From a virus (Duplodnaviria; Caudoviricetes), in the IMG/VR virus record IMGVR_UViG_3300012157_000004, positions 1 to 40,650 of that record: DNA of 40,650 nucleotides. One strand, given 5' to 3'. Position numbers and translations under genes: made by a program. Under the pieces are notes generated by a model, which was given only the letters and a program-made list of their open reading frames with translations, made no database searches and was not told where the DNA came from. Position 1 is the stretch's first letter; every line of letters begins with the position of its first letter. This document shows positions 17,544 to 24,720 of the stretch, in pieces.

Positions 17544-18452
17544 TTAGGTCTCTTCACGGGTTAGAGGGTTCCAGATTCTGACGGCGTAGTTACCACCAGT
17601 CAGCCAAGGTTCGGGGTTGGAGGACATGCATGGTTGCTTGAAGAGGCAGCCGCCGTAGGAGGAACAGCCGTCAGAAAGGTTTAGGTCCCAATACCCTTCT
17701 TTATAACAGGCAATGGCTCGACGGATATCACGAACGCACTGACGGTGCCATTCTTGTATGTGATGCGGAGTTCGCACAGAGATACACTCGGCGTGGTTGA
17801 TTTCCGTTTTGAGGATGGCGATTCCTCTAATGACGATTTGGGAGACGGGGATATTGAAAGCCTGTGCGGCCCAGGCATAGCCTGTAAACTGACTTCTTCT
17901 ATCCCATTGAGAAGCCCACTGCGAACCAAGACTTTGGGTAGTTTTGTCGTCATAGATAGAAACGGCTCCGGCATAGGTTGCGATCATGTCGGCCCGGCCG
18001 GTGTAGATAATGGGTTCACCAGTATCGGGGTGGAGGAGATCGGGGGAGAGGGGAAGGGCGAAGTTAAACTCCACCATTGGTTTTCCATCGGCACCGGGAT
18101 AGGGTTGGACAGGATCGGTTTCGAGGGGGAAGGCTTTAAAATAATAGGCCCACGCCGCCATCATCCTATCCAGGGTCTTATTGGCTTTCGCCGGGGGTGG
18201 GAAATCTCCATAGGCTTCTACCAAGGCGACTAGGCCGAGGGCTTCGGCGTCGAGGGCGGAGTGGGTCGAGGTGTAGAAGGCGAGGCGGGTTGTTTCTAGG
18301 GCCTTGGCCCAGGCCCTACCCGCGTGGAGGTGGATGGAGGGAACCGTGTGTTTGTAGTGCCTCATGTACTCCCAATTAAAGTGTTGGGGGCACTCGATAA
18401 AGGCGGAGCGGAGGGTGTTATCCCAGACGAGGGGGAAAGGGACGCTAGACAT
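17544..18452 (-). CDS. Cas4/AddB-like PD-(D/E)XK exonuclease with probable Fe-S cluster
   Basis: N-terminal ECP, VEFNF, GRADMI, IYDDKTT, QFTGY, and C-terminal CSSYGGCLFKQPC (1+3 Cys arrangement). Confidence 0.8.
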   Translation of the reverse strand: MSSVPFPLVWDNTLRSAFIECPQHFNWEYMRHYKHTVPSIHLHAGRAWAKALETTRLAFYTSTHSALDAEALGLVALVEAYGDFPPPAKANKTLDRMMAAWAYYFKAFPLETDPVQPYPGADGKPMVEFNFALPLSPDLLHPDTGEPIIYTGRADMIATYAGAVSIYDDKTTQSLGSQWASQWDRRSQFTGYAWAAQAFNIPVSQIVIRGIAILKTEINHAECISVRTPHHIQEWHRQCVRDIRRAIACYKEGYWDLNLSDGCSSYGGCLFKQPCMSSNPEPWLTGGNYAVRIWNPLTREET

Positions 18453-18639
18453 GGAGCATCCCTATAATGACGAGGGTCCAGAACAAAGCGCAGGCTAGAA
18501 GGACGGCGAGAATGGGCTTGTTTAGGCGGAATTGGGGCCGGGAGTAGGGGCCAGAGAAGACATCCGGGGAACGGAGGGGATTATCCATGGATGAGCGGGG
18601 GAAAGATTTGGTAGTATCGTTAACCTTGGTCTTGGGCAT
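18445..18639 (-). CDS. Small membrane protein
   Basis: RBS AGGAG; C-terminal hydrophobic helix ILAVLLACALFWTLVIIGML. Confidence 0.55.
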   Translation of the reverse strand: MPKTKVNDTTKSFPRSSMDNPLRSPDVFSGPYSRPQFRLNKPILAVLLACALFWTLVIIGMLHV

Positions 18640-18647
18640 GATAGCTC

Positions 18648-18824
18648 CTAGAAAAAGTCCACGTCTTTGGGGGGAGTGTCTTTTTTCTTCTGGTCCCCGG
18701 TTAGCTTGGTGTTAGCGGCGATGATGAATTCACGGAGTTCCTCAAGGGGGATTTTTTCCCCGGAGAGAATCCTCTGCGAAAGCTGGGTCGCTTTGAGGGA
18801 GAAGGAAGGGGATTCGAGGGCCAT
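18648..18824 (-). CDS. Small protein ending KDVDFF (paralog of 19022-19222)
   Basis: ATG 18824 lies 1 nt after the upstream stop; MALESPSFSLK...GEKIPLEELREFI...KDVDFF. Confidence 0.6.
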   Translation of the reverse strand: MALESPSFSLKATQLSQRILSGEKIPLEELREFIIAANTKLTGDQKKKDTPPKDVDFF

Positions 18825-18825
18825 T

Positions 18826-19035
18826 TTAGTTTTTCTCTTCCACGGCAAGGCGGTTTTTATAGTCCGGGTACATCTTTTTCCCGATGGAAAGGGCACTCTC
18901 AGGGGAATCTGCGAGGAGTTCCCAAACAAGGACAAACCGCGCCTTGTAGGTATTGGGGGAGATTTCCACTGATTCTTGGTAGAGGAGAGCGTAGAGGCGG
19001 AGAATTCCCGGAGAGGGGGAGTTAGAAGAAGCCAT
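18826..19035 (-). CDS. Hypothetical protein
   Basis: GAGG upstream of ATG 19035; fills the gap between the two paralogs. Confidence 0.5.
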   Translation of the reverse strand: MASSNSPSPGILRLYALLYQESVEISPNTYKARFVLVWELLADSPESALSIGKKMYPDYKNRLAVEEKN

Positions 19036-19222
19036 CGATATCCTCATCTTTGGTTGAGGGTTTGGCCAGCCGGTTTTTGGGCTTGGCGGCGGAGAGGGCG
19101 GCGGTAGCGGAATCGCGGATGGTTACTACATACCGCGCCACCTCTTCGAGGGTGGGGGTGCTTCCCTTCGCTGTTCTTTCTCGAAGGGCGGCAAGTTCGA
19201 GGGGGGAAAGTTTCGTGGCCAT
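19022..19222 (-). CDS. Small protein ending EDIDGFF (paralog of 18648-18824)
   Basis: RBS GAGGT; MATKLSPLELAALRER...GSTPTLEEVARYV...DEDIDGFF. Confidence 0.65.
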   Translation of the reverse strand: MATKLSPLELAALRERTAKGSTPTLEEVARYVVTIRDSATAALSAAKPKNRLAKPSTKDEDIDGFF

Positions 19223-19231
19223 GTTACCTCT

Positions 19232-19612
19232 CTAGTCTTTCTTATCCCTAGACCGGCGCATGGCTTCGCGCATGGCTTCGTTGAGGTAGCTACTATCGAT
19301 GGGCGGGACTTTTCCCGCGCTGATATCGTCAATATCAGCATGAATCGCCTTGCCCACGGCTTCGGTGGTTTGGATGAAACCGGGAACGTCCGATTCATAG
19401 CTCGCCATTAGACGGACGATAGCGATTTGGGCGGAGTCGTGGTGGAAGAGCATTCCTTTCGCCGAGAGGCGACGGGCTTCGCTAATCATCCCGTTCACAG
19501 ACTCGATAAGAGCGAGCCAGAGAGCAGCGCGGACGGGGGTGGCATCCCCCCTAGCTCGCGCGGCGTCGATCATCTCACCGAGCCGATAAAGGCTTTCGTT
19601 AGGTTCTGTCAT
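19232..19612 (-). CDS. Hypothetical protein
   Basis: RBS GGAG; 126 aa, helical. Confidence 0.6.
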   Translation of the reverse strand: MTEPNESLYRLGEMIDAARARGDATPVRAALWLALIESVNGMISEARRLSAKGMLFHHDSAQIAIVRLMASYESDVPGFIQTTEAVGKAIHADIDDISAGKVPPIDSSYLNEAMREAMRRSRDKKD

Positions 19613-19666
19613 TTTACTACTCCGATGGTTGCCGAGGATTAGCTAGGCTCGGCGGTCCTAGGGAAA

Positions 19667-19796
19667 ATGGATATAAGGTTGCACGCAATCCCCAACAAAT
19701 ACCCGTATGGGCGGGGCAGCTTAGTTGCGCTCGGCCAGCGATACTCATCGGGGCGCAACCCCCAGGTTTCTCGCCTGCGTGCAACCTTATAACCAT
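19667..19796 (-). ncRNA. Candidate structured RNA (long closing stem with three internal hairpins)
   Basis: Perfect 16-bp inverted repeat 19672-19687 / 19776-19791, extending to 21 bp with one mismatch, in the gap between two genes. Confidence 0.5.
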
Positions 19797-19798
19797 GA

Positions 19799-20131
19799 TT
19801 AGGGAAGACAGTCAAGACAGGCCGGAACAATAACGGGTTCGTATACCCGGGTTGAATTGGGGTTGTTGAATTGAATCCTTCTCAGGTCGAGGGCCTGCTC
19901 ACGGAGATCGCCTCGGCCATTCTTTTCCCGGTGGAAAACTCCCATTAGGGAATCGTGTTGCGTCCCGCATTGTTTGCAGGTCGCTCGGAGGACCCGGACA
20001 ATGTAGCCTTGCGAGGTCCAAGAGTTAGCCCCGGTCCAGTTATAGGACCCCTTGCGGGTGTTAACAAGGTTCCCTTCCTTCAAGAGGAATTCGTGGTGTT
20101 CGGCTTCGATATCGTCGATGAAGGTGGACAT
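19799..20131 (-). CDS. Zn-binding hypothetical protein
   Basis: CKQC and CLDC pairs; 110 aa; starts 1 nt after the upstream stop. Confidence 0.6.
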   Translation of the reverse strand: MSTFIDDIEAEHHEFLLKEGNLVNTRKGSYNWTGANSWTSQGYIVRVLRATCKQCGTQHDSLMGVFHREKNGRGDLREQALDLRRIQFNNPNSTRVYEPVIVPACLDCLP

Positions 20132-20132
20132 G

Positions 20133-20339
20133 CTATTCTTGTCCCGGGGGAGGGGTTAGCTCAAGGACTTTTATCCCCTTGATGCGGAGGATACATTGAC
20201 CGTTGACGCAGAGCCATATTCGGTTCTTGTCGTGGGAGACTTGGAAGCCGACGATATCGGCGTCAGTTAAATCAATGGGGAGAGGGCCTAATCTCTCATG
20301 GTAACGTAGGCTTTCGTTTAGGTAGTCCGAGGCTTTCAT
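20133..20339 (-). CDS. Hypothetical protein
   Basis: ATGA overlap with the upstream stop; 68 aa. Confidence 0.55.
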   Translation of the reverse strand: MKASDYLNESLRYHERLGPLPIDLTDADIVGFQVSHDKNRIWLCVNGQCILRIKGIKVLELTPPPGQE

Positions 20340-20662
20340 TCTTTGGTCAACCGGTCGAAGAGAGAGGATTCTTCCGCAGGAGAGGGGATATCCCCAAGCT
20401 GCGAGAGGGCGGAGGAGATTTCGAGGGCGAGGGGATTTTGGGAACGATGGCGAAGGGTGATTCGGTCGGGGAAGGAAAGCACTTCGATAAGGTCGCCTTT
20501 GGTCGAGCCGTCCCGGCGGAGGGCGCCGATGAAGCCGTAGAAGTGCATACGCAGCTTCGCCGGGTTGGTGGTAGGGATCGAGAATTCCCGATGGGAGAGG
20601 GCCGCATCCAGGGCCTTATGGAATTCGACCGGGTAGCGATCAGGCTTTGAGGGGCGGGGCAT
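20336..20662 (-). CDS. Hypothetical protein
   Basis: ATG 20662 with AAGGA RBS, 1 nt after the upstream stop; MPRPSKPDRYP... Confidence 0.6.
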   Translation of the reverse strand: MPRPSKPDRYPVEFHKALDAALSHREFSIPTTNPAKLRMHFYGFIGALRRDGSTKGDLIEVLSFPDRITLRHRSQNPLALEISSALSQLGDIPSPAEESSLFDRLTKE

Positions 20663-20663
20663 G

Positions 20664-20849
20664 TTAGTCCTTCTTTGTCTTTTGGCTTTTGCGGAAGCCT
20701 GGGGATACCCCATCGCCGCGTTGGTGGAAGAGTGTGGGCGGGACGCCGAAGCGGAGGCGGTTGTTAGCTTCTCGGCTTAGGAGGCGGCGGATAGCGTAAT
20801 CGAGGCGGGATTCATGCTCGAACCGCTCGGGAGTGTGGAGATTGGGCAT
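20664..20849 (-). CDS. Small basic hypothetical protein
   Basis: 61 aa; first ORF after the 20850-21137 intergenic region. Confidence 0.5.
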   Translation of the reverse strand: MPNLHTPERFEHESRLDYAIRRLLSREANNRLRFGVPPTLFHQRGDGVSPGFRKSQKTKKD

Positions 20850-21026
20850 AACCTGAGTGTAAGCCTAGGCAGACCCCAGGGCTATAGGGTAAACCCTAGG
20901 TTCCCCTAGAGAATTGTGAGAGATTGTAACAGAACTGTTGCTTCCCTACCACATGCTCAGTCTTATGCGCCTTCGGCCCCCGAGCCAGGGGGGGGGAAAT
21001 GGGGAAAAGGGGGAAAATCCCGGGCG

Positions 21027-21061
21027 AAAAAAAGCCCCTTGGTTGTCTAGTCCCAAGGGGC
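21027..21061 (-). terminator. Intrinsic terminator after the 184-aa early gene
   Basis: 9-bp stem GCCCCTTGG/CCAAGGGGC, 10-nt loop, then T7 on the minus strand. Confidence 0.75.
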
Positions 21062-21137
21062 GAGATCCCCTTGCTTTTTACGCCGTCCAAGGGGAAAAGG
21101 CGGGGGGCACTATCGCCCCCGGTGGTAGGGAGAGGGG

Positions 21138-21692
21138 TTAGAAGTCTCCAGAATCCCCTTCAGCAGCGGCTGCCAGCTTGGTCAGCTTCTCAGCGGCGCG
21201 CTTCGCCTTGACTTCGGCGTAGGCCAGTTTGTAGAGGGGGGTTGCCTTGAGCTTGGTCTTCTGCTCTTCGGAAAGAGCGGAGAACGCGGCCACGGACTCA
21301 TCCAGTCCCTGGATGTAAGGCTCGCCTTTCTTTTCCCCGCGCTTGACGCGGAAGACGTGCGCGGCTTCGGCTTCGATGGAGATTTCTTCGCCGGCGCCTT
21401 CGCCACGAACGGCGCCCCAAATTCCGACCTTGTTCAGATCGATGCGGGCGAGAACGGCCGCGCGAAGGGAGAGGGGATTGCGGCCTTCGCCGGCCAGCTT
21501 GGCAGTGGCGCCGCTCCAATTGGCGATGAAGCCCTTTGCGACGGCTTGCGGGTAGAGGGATGCGGGTAGATCGCTGGTCACGTTGACAAGGATGGGGTCG
21601 GCGCCTGGGCCGAAGTCGGCCCGGATGTTGCCATCATCCAGCACGGTGAAACTCATCTGGCGGTTGCGGGTTTGGGGTGTGGGATCGGACAT
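21138..21692 (-). CDS. Early hypothetical protein (Ala/Lys-rich, acidic-aromatic C-terminus)
   Basis: RBS GGAG; 184 aa; G/C-ending codons; ends EGDSGDF. Confidence 0.7.
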   Translation of the reverse strand: MSDPTPQTRNRQMSFTVLDDGNIRADFGPGADPILVNVTSDLPASLYPQAVAKGFIANWSGATAKLAGEGRNPLSLRAAVLARIDLNKVGIWGAVRGEGAGEEISIEAEAAHVFRVKRGEKKGEPYIQGLDESVAAFSALSEEQKTKLKATPLYKLAYAEVKAKRAAEKLTKLAAAAEGDSGDF

Positions 21693-21747
21693 TTTAGAAG
21701 CTCCAAGTGGTTAGAGAGGGAATAGCAGGGAAGCCCCCTACAAGGGC

Positions 21748-21960
21748 TTAGGCGTAGCAATCGCTGGTCGATTGCCAAGCATTGCGAGCGCAAGCTACCG
21801 CATCGGCAATCTGCTTGCGGGAGAAGAGGAATTCGGCGGCGCAGCCGGTCTTGGCGCACTGGACGCCGAGCACTTCGCCTGAGGCTTGGTCGATCAGAAC
21901 CCGGATCAGGTTGTCAACCAAAACGACATCAAAGAGGGTTTGAGCTTGGGTGGATTGCAT
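21748..21960 (-). CDS. Early hypothetical protein
   Basis: ATG 21960 with GGAG RBS directly downstream of a sigma70 promoter; MQSTQAQTLF... Confidence 0.6.
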   Translation of the reverse strand: MQSTQAQTLFDVVLVDNLIRVLIDQASGEVLGVQCAKTGCAAEFLFSRKQIADAVACARNAWQSTSDCYA

Positions 21961-21983
21961 GGTGCGTTCTCCGGTATGAGGTG

Positions 21984-22011
21984 ATTTTAGGGGGTGGGGC
22001 GGGATTGTCAA
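21984..22011 (-). promoter_or_regulatory. Sigma70-type early promoter
   Basis: TTGACA (22011-22006) - 16 nt - TAAAAT (21989-21984); shares CCCTTGACA and TAARATCACC with the 14.9 kb promoter. Confidence 0.75.
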
Positions 22012-22301
22012 GGGGTTAGAAGGGGAAGGGGCAAAATAAATTTGGGGGTGAGGGTTGAGGGAAGGGGGAGAGGGGCAACGCTAGATGTAGTGTTTGCTGC
22101 GGTGCAGCATGTACTGCCGTTCCCGGCCGCTGCGGGTGCCCCTCTATATAGATAGGCACCTAGGGGAGTGCGGCGCCCCTCGCGCTCAACCGGCGCGCGC
22201 CTGCGCAGCCCTTGCCCCATTGCCTCCCCCACCCGAGCGCCGCGCGGCATGTCCGCGCGAAGGCGAAAGCGTCCTCCATTGGAAGGGTGGGGGGAACGGG
22301 C

Positions 22302-23174
22302 TTAGTTGATTGCCAACGCAGCCCGAGCTTTTGTGTCATCTTCAATTCGGCCCGTGACATGGAGTAGACCGGGTTTGATCAGGGTAGTGACGGGCAGACC
22401 ATCGTCCCGATAACCAGATAGGGCTTTCGCGGCTTGCATGTCCGTGCCTCGATACTGCTGTGAACTGACAGCCGAAGCGAGCGCAGCGACATTAGTTAGG
22501 GGCACCTTGATACTGTGGATAACCCCGTGCATGTCCTCCCTCTTCCAAGTTTGGGGCTCGGTGAAGTGATGGACATAGTTCACGGTGATAGTAATTGCTC
22601 CACCGGATAGGGTGTAATCCCACGCAGCCCGTGCGATGCGCGCCAAGCTGGCGGTAATATCCGATGCCTCAACGACCGCCGAAACGTTGACAGCTAATTC
22701 TAGGTTTTTCGGGGGTAGCTTGGTACGGGTCCGCAGCCTAGCGCACATGGGGACATTGGCGAGTACAAGGGGGGTAACCCATACCCCACCGGTAACGCTC
22801 GGCAGCGGGCGATCGGGAATGGCATGAGTGATTAACTTAGCTTGCACCTTTTCAAAGTCTGCCAAGGCTGCATCAATGATGCCAGTAGATAGAAGCTTGC
22901 CTAGGGCTTGTTTCTCGAACCCCGCCCAGTTCCGGGGTTTGCCACCCACCCCCGCGCTAGTCACGCGGTAGACAAGGTTTTCCCGAAACCTTGCGCCAGC
23001 GGGGGATTGATCCTCATACATGGCCCGGACATGTGCGAGCCATTGAGAGTAAGTCCCGCCCCATTGGAAAACGCGGGTAGCCACCCCTTGACCCTTTGCC
23101 ATGTGGCGGCCACCTAGGGAAACGGTAGCAGGCTTGTATGCGGACATGACTGACGGGGAGAAAAGCATTCTCAA
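22302..23174 (-). CDS. MoxR-associated partner protein (possibly degenerate vWA-like)
   Basis: Translationally coupled to the MoxR ATPase; LELAVNVSA strand followed by a helix and ITITV strand is vWA-like but lacks the DxSxS MIDAS. Start uncertain. Confidence 0.5.
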   Translation of the reverse strand: MRMLFSPSVMSAYKPATVSLGGRHMAKGQGVATRVFQWGGTYSQWLAHVRAMYEDQSPAGARFRENLVYRVTSAGVGGKPRNWAGFEKQALGKLLSTGIIDAALADFEKVQAKLITHAIPDRPLPSVTGGVWVTPLVLANVPMCARLRTRTKLPPKNLELAVNVSAVVEASDITASLARIARAAWDYTLSGGAITITVNYVHHFTEPQTWKREDMHGVIHSIKVPLTNVAALASAVSSQQYRGTDMQAAKALSGYRDDGLPVTTLIKPGLLHVTGRIEDDTKARAALAIN

Positions 23175-24415
23175 CCCCTTAGAAAGTTAGAAACTACGGG
23201 GAGTGTACAGACTTCGGTCCATGCCTCGCGCAGCGCGCCGCGCTTAAGTAGACGCTCCAGGACTTTGGCGCGATCCATACCGCCATGGAGAAGTCTCGAC
23301 CCCTTTTGCGTCGCCCGAGCAGTGGCGATAACATCCTGGATATCATGATTGGTAACATACTTGCGAACGGCGCGAACTACCGCGAGCCATTCTGTATTTC
23401 CCGCTGCCATCATGGTTTCGATCCTCGGGTCAATTTCCCAATGGTACATAACTACTCGATCAAGGGTGGAACCGTCCTGACGTTGACGCCCAGCGTATTG
23501 CATTGTCGCGCCCGATCCGTCGGTGTTTGTGCAGACCATCGCAACAAAATCAGGATGTTTCTCGATCAGCCCGTCAGGGAAAGCGACGAATTTGGAATTA
23601 TCCAAAACCGCGTTGAGGGCTAGTAGGGCGTCCGGTGATGATGCGTCCGCCTCATCGTAACAAATCAGCCCCCCAAACTCGATGGCATCGCGGGTAGCAG
23701 TGCGTACATAACGCCCTTGAGAATCCATGTTGCCCAGAATCTCAAAGGTATAGCTTGCAGGGGGTTGTTTGAAGTACCTGCGACCCAGAATGATTGCGGC
23801 CTGTTCGGATGCGTAGGTTTTCCCCGATCCGGCGCCACCCACGAGCATGCAATGTTCCCCCTGACTAAGGGCAATGAGTAGATCGGAGAACTGAGCGTGA
23901 ACAAGTCCATCAACCTTGATCGGATCGGGTTTGTTGGGGAGAACGAAAACGACCGGGCGGAGTTCCTGTAAGGCTTTCACTTCCCCTGCTAACCCCGTGA
24001 CATTCGCTTGAAGCGCGTCTACCCTTTTCGTACTCCGCCCCTCGGCTGCCAGTATCTCTTCCCTCGCCCATTGCCGCTTAGCGTACTCACTCGAATCCAT
24101 TGGAACGGTGCTAGGCTGTACTGGTGGGGTTAGCGTGGGGGTGGGTAGCACTGGCGCATCGTCATCATCGTTTATCCAGTCCGGCATCGGTGCGGGTTGT
24201 TTTGGGGTTTGGTCCATTCTCTGTATCCGGCGCAGCGCCGCTACCGTGCCCGAAAGCATCGCGGGATAGTTAGTCAAGCGCGCGATCAGATCAGCCTTAG
24301 TCGGGCCATTGCGGAACCGCAGACCCGCAGCGCGCGCCGCTGCAACTAAATGGACTATGTGCGCGGCTTCGCATTCAGCGCGCAGCGCCGCTACATCATG
24401 GTACGGGGTGGACAT
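23171..24415 (-). CDS. MoxR/CobS-like AAA+ ATPase (AAA_5) with N-terminal SAP/Rho-N-like helical domain
   Basis: Walker A GGAGSGKT, Walker B ICYDEAD, HPDF..MVCTNT, YAGRQRQDGSTLDR; N-terminal LVAAARAAGL...TKADLIARL; RBS AAGGA. Confidence 0.85.
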   Translation of the reverse strand: MSTPYHDVAALRAECEAAHIVHLVAAARAAGLRFRNGPTKADLIARLTNYPAMLSGTVAALRRIQRMDQTPKQPAPMPDWINDDDDAPVLPTPTLTPPVQPSTVPMDSSEYAKRQWAREEILAAEGRSTKRVDALQANVTGLAGEVKALQELRPVVFVLPNKPDPIKVDGLVHAQFSDLLIALSQGEHCMLVGGAGSGKTYASEQAAIILGRRYFKQPPASYTFEILGNMDSQGRYVRTATRDAIEFGGLICYDEADASSPDALLALNAVLDNSKFVAFPDGLIEKHPDFVAMVCTNTDGSGATMQYAGRQRQDGSTLDRVVMYHWEIDPRIETMMAAGNTEWLAVVRAVRKYVTNHDIQDVIATARATQKGSRLLHGGMDRAKVLERLLKRGALREAWTEVCTLPVVSNFLRG

Positions 24416-24465
24416 GGATTGATCCTTTGGTGGGGAAGGGATGGGGAAAAAGGTACAGACCTACA

Positions 24466-24481
24466 TGCAAGATTCGGGCCT
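24466..24481 (-). promoter_or_regulatory. Sigma54 (-24/-12) promoter
   Basis: Minus strand AGGCCCGAATCTTGCA = GG-N10-GC, close to consensus TGGCACG-N4-TTGCW, 50 nt upstream of the MoxR start codon. Confidence 0.7.
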
Positions 24482-24485
24482 AAGC

Positions 24486-24498
24486 TAACCCGTTGATT
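24486..24498 (-). promoter_or_regulatory. IHF binding site
   Basis: Minus strand AATCAACGGGTTA, an exact match to WATCAANNNNTTR, just upstream of the -24 element. Confidence 0.7.
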
Positions 24499-24520
24499 TT
24501 CCCTTTCGCGCCTAGGCGAA

Positions 24521-24578
24521 GTGACAGAAATTGGCATGGAAAGTGACATAACTTGGCATTAGGTGACATTTTATGGCC
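24521..24578. promoter_or_regulatory. Three tandem enhancer-like boxes GTGACA-N5-TGGCM
   Basis: GTGACAGAAATTGGCA (24521), GTGACATAACTTGGCA (24543), GTGACATTTTATGGCC (24563); spacing 22 and 20 bp. Confidence 0.65.
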
Positions 24579-24688
24579 ACAGTTCCCCCATGCGGGATGC
24601 AGCGCGTTCCCGGAGCGCGCGCAGTAGGACCCCGTTTCCCCGTGTAGGGCAGGCCGCGCCTTGGATGAGTGTGGTTAGAATGAGACAG

Positions 24689-24720
24689 GTGTGTGTGTGT
24701 GTGTGTGTGAGAAAAAAAAA
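24689..24720. repeat. (GT)10 microsatellite followed by an A9 tract
   Basis: Read directly: GT x10 (24689-24708), GAG, A x9 (24712-24720). Confidence 0.9.

Noticed and set aside
17544-18452. Cas4-like gene as evidence of a CRISPR-Cas system
   Set aside because: No repeat-spacer array, cas1 or cas2; solo Cas4-like nucleases are common phage recombination proteins.
19667-19796. tRNA, hammerhead ribozyme or functional retron
   Set aside because: No T-loop or acceptor-stem geometry; CCGAUGAG and GAAA are not in hammerhead arrangement; no reverse transcriptase in the window.
23171-24415. MoxR ATPase as the sigma54 activator or as a true cobaltochelatase CobS
   Set aside because: No GAFTGA motif or C-terminal Fis-type HTH; no other cobalamin genes.
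24531-24547. Second, rightward sigma54 promoter TTGGCATGGAAAGTGAC
   Set aside because: Good -24 half, but GA replaces the required GC at -12, and it is explained by the enhancer boxes.
24521-24578. Three repeats as a mini-CRISPR array
   Set aside because: Period is only 20-22 bp with no spacer-length unique sequence; the context fits protein-binding sites.
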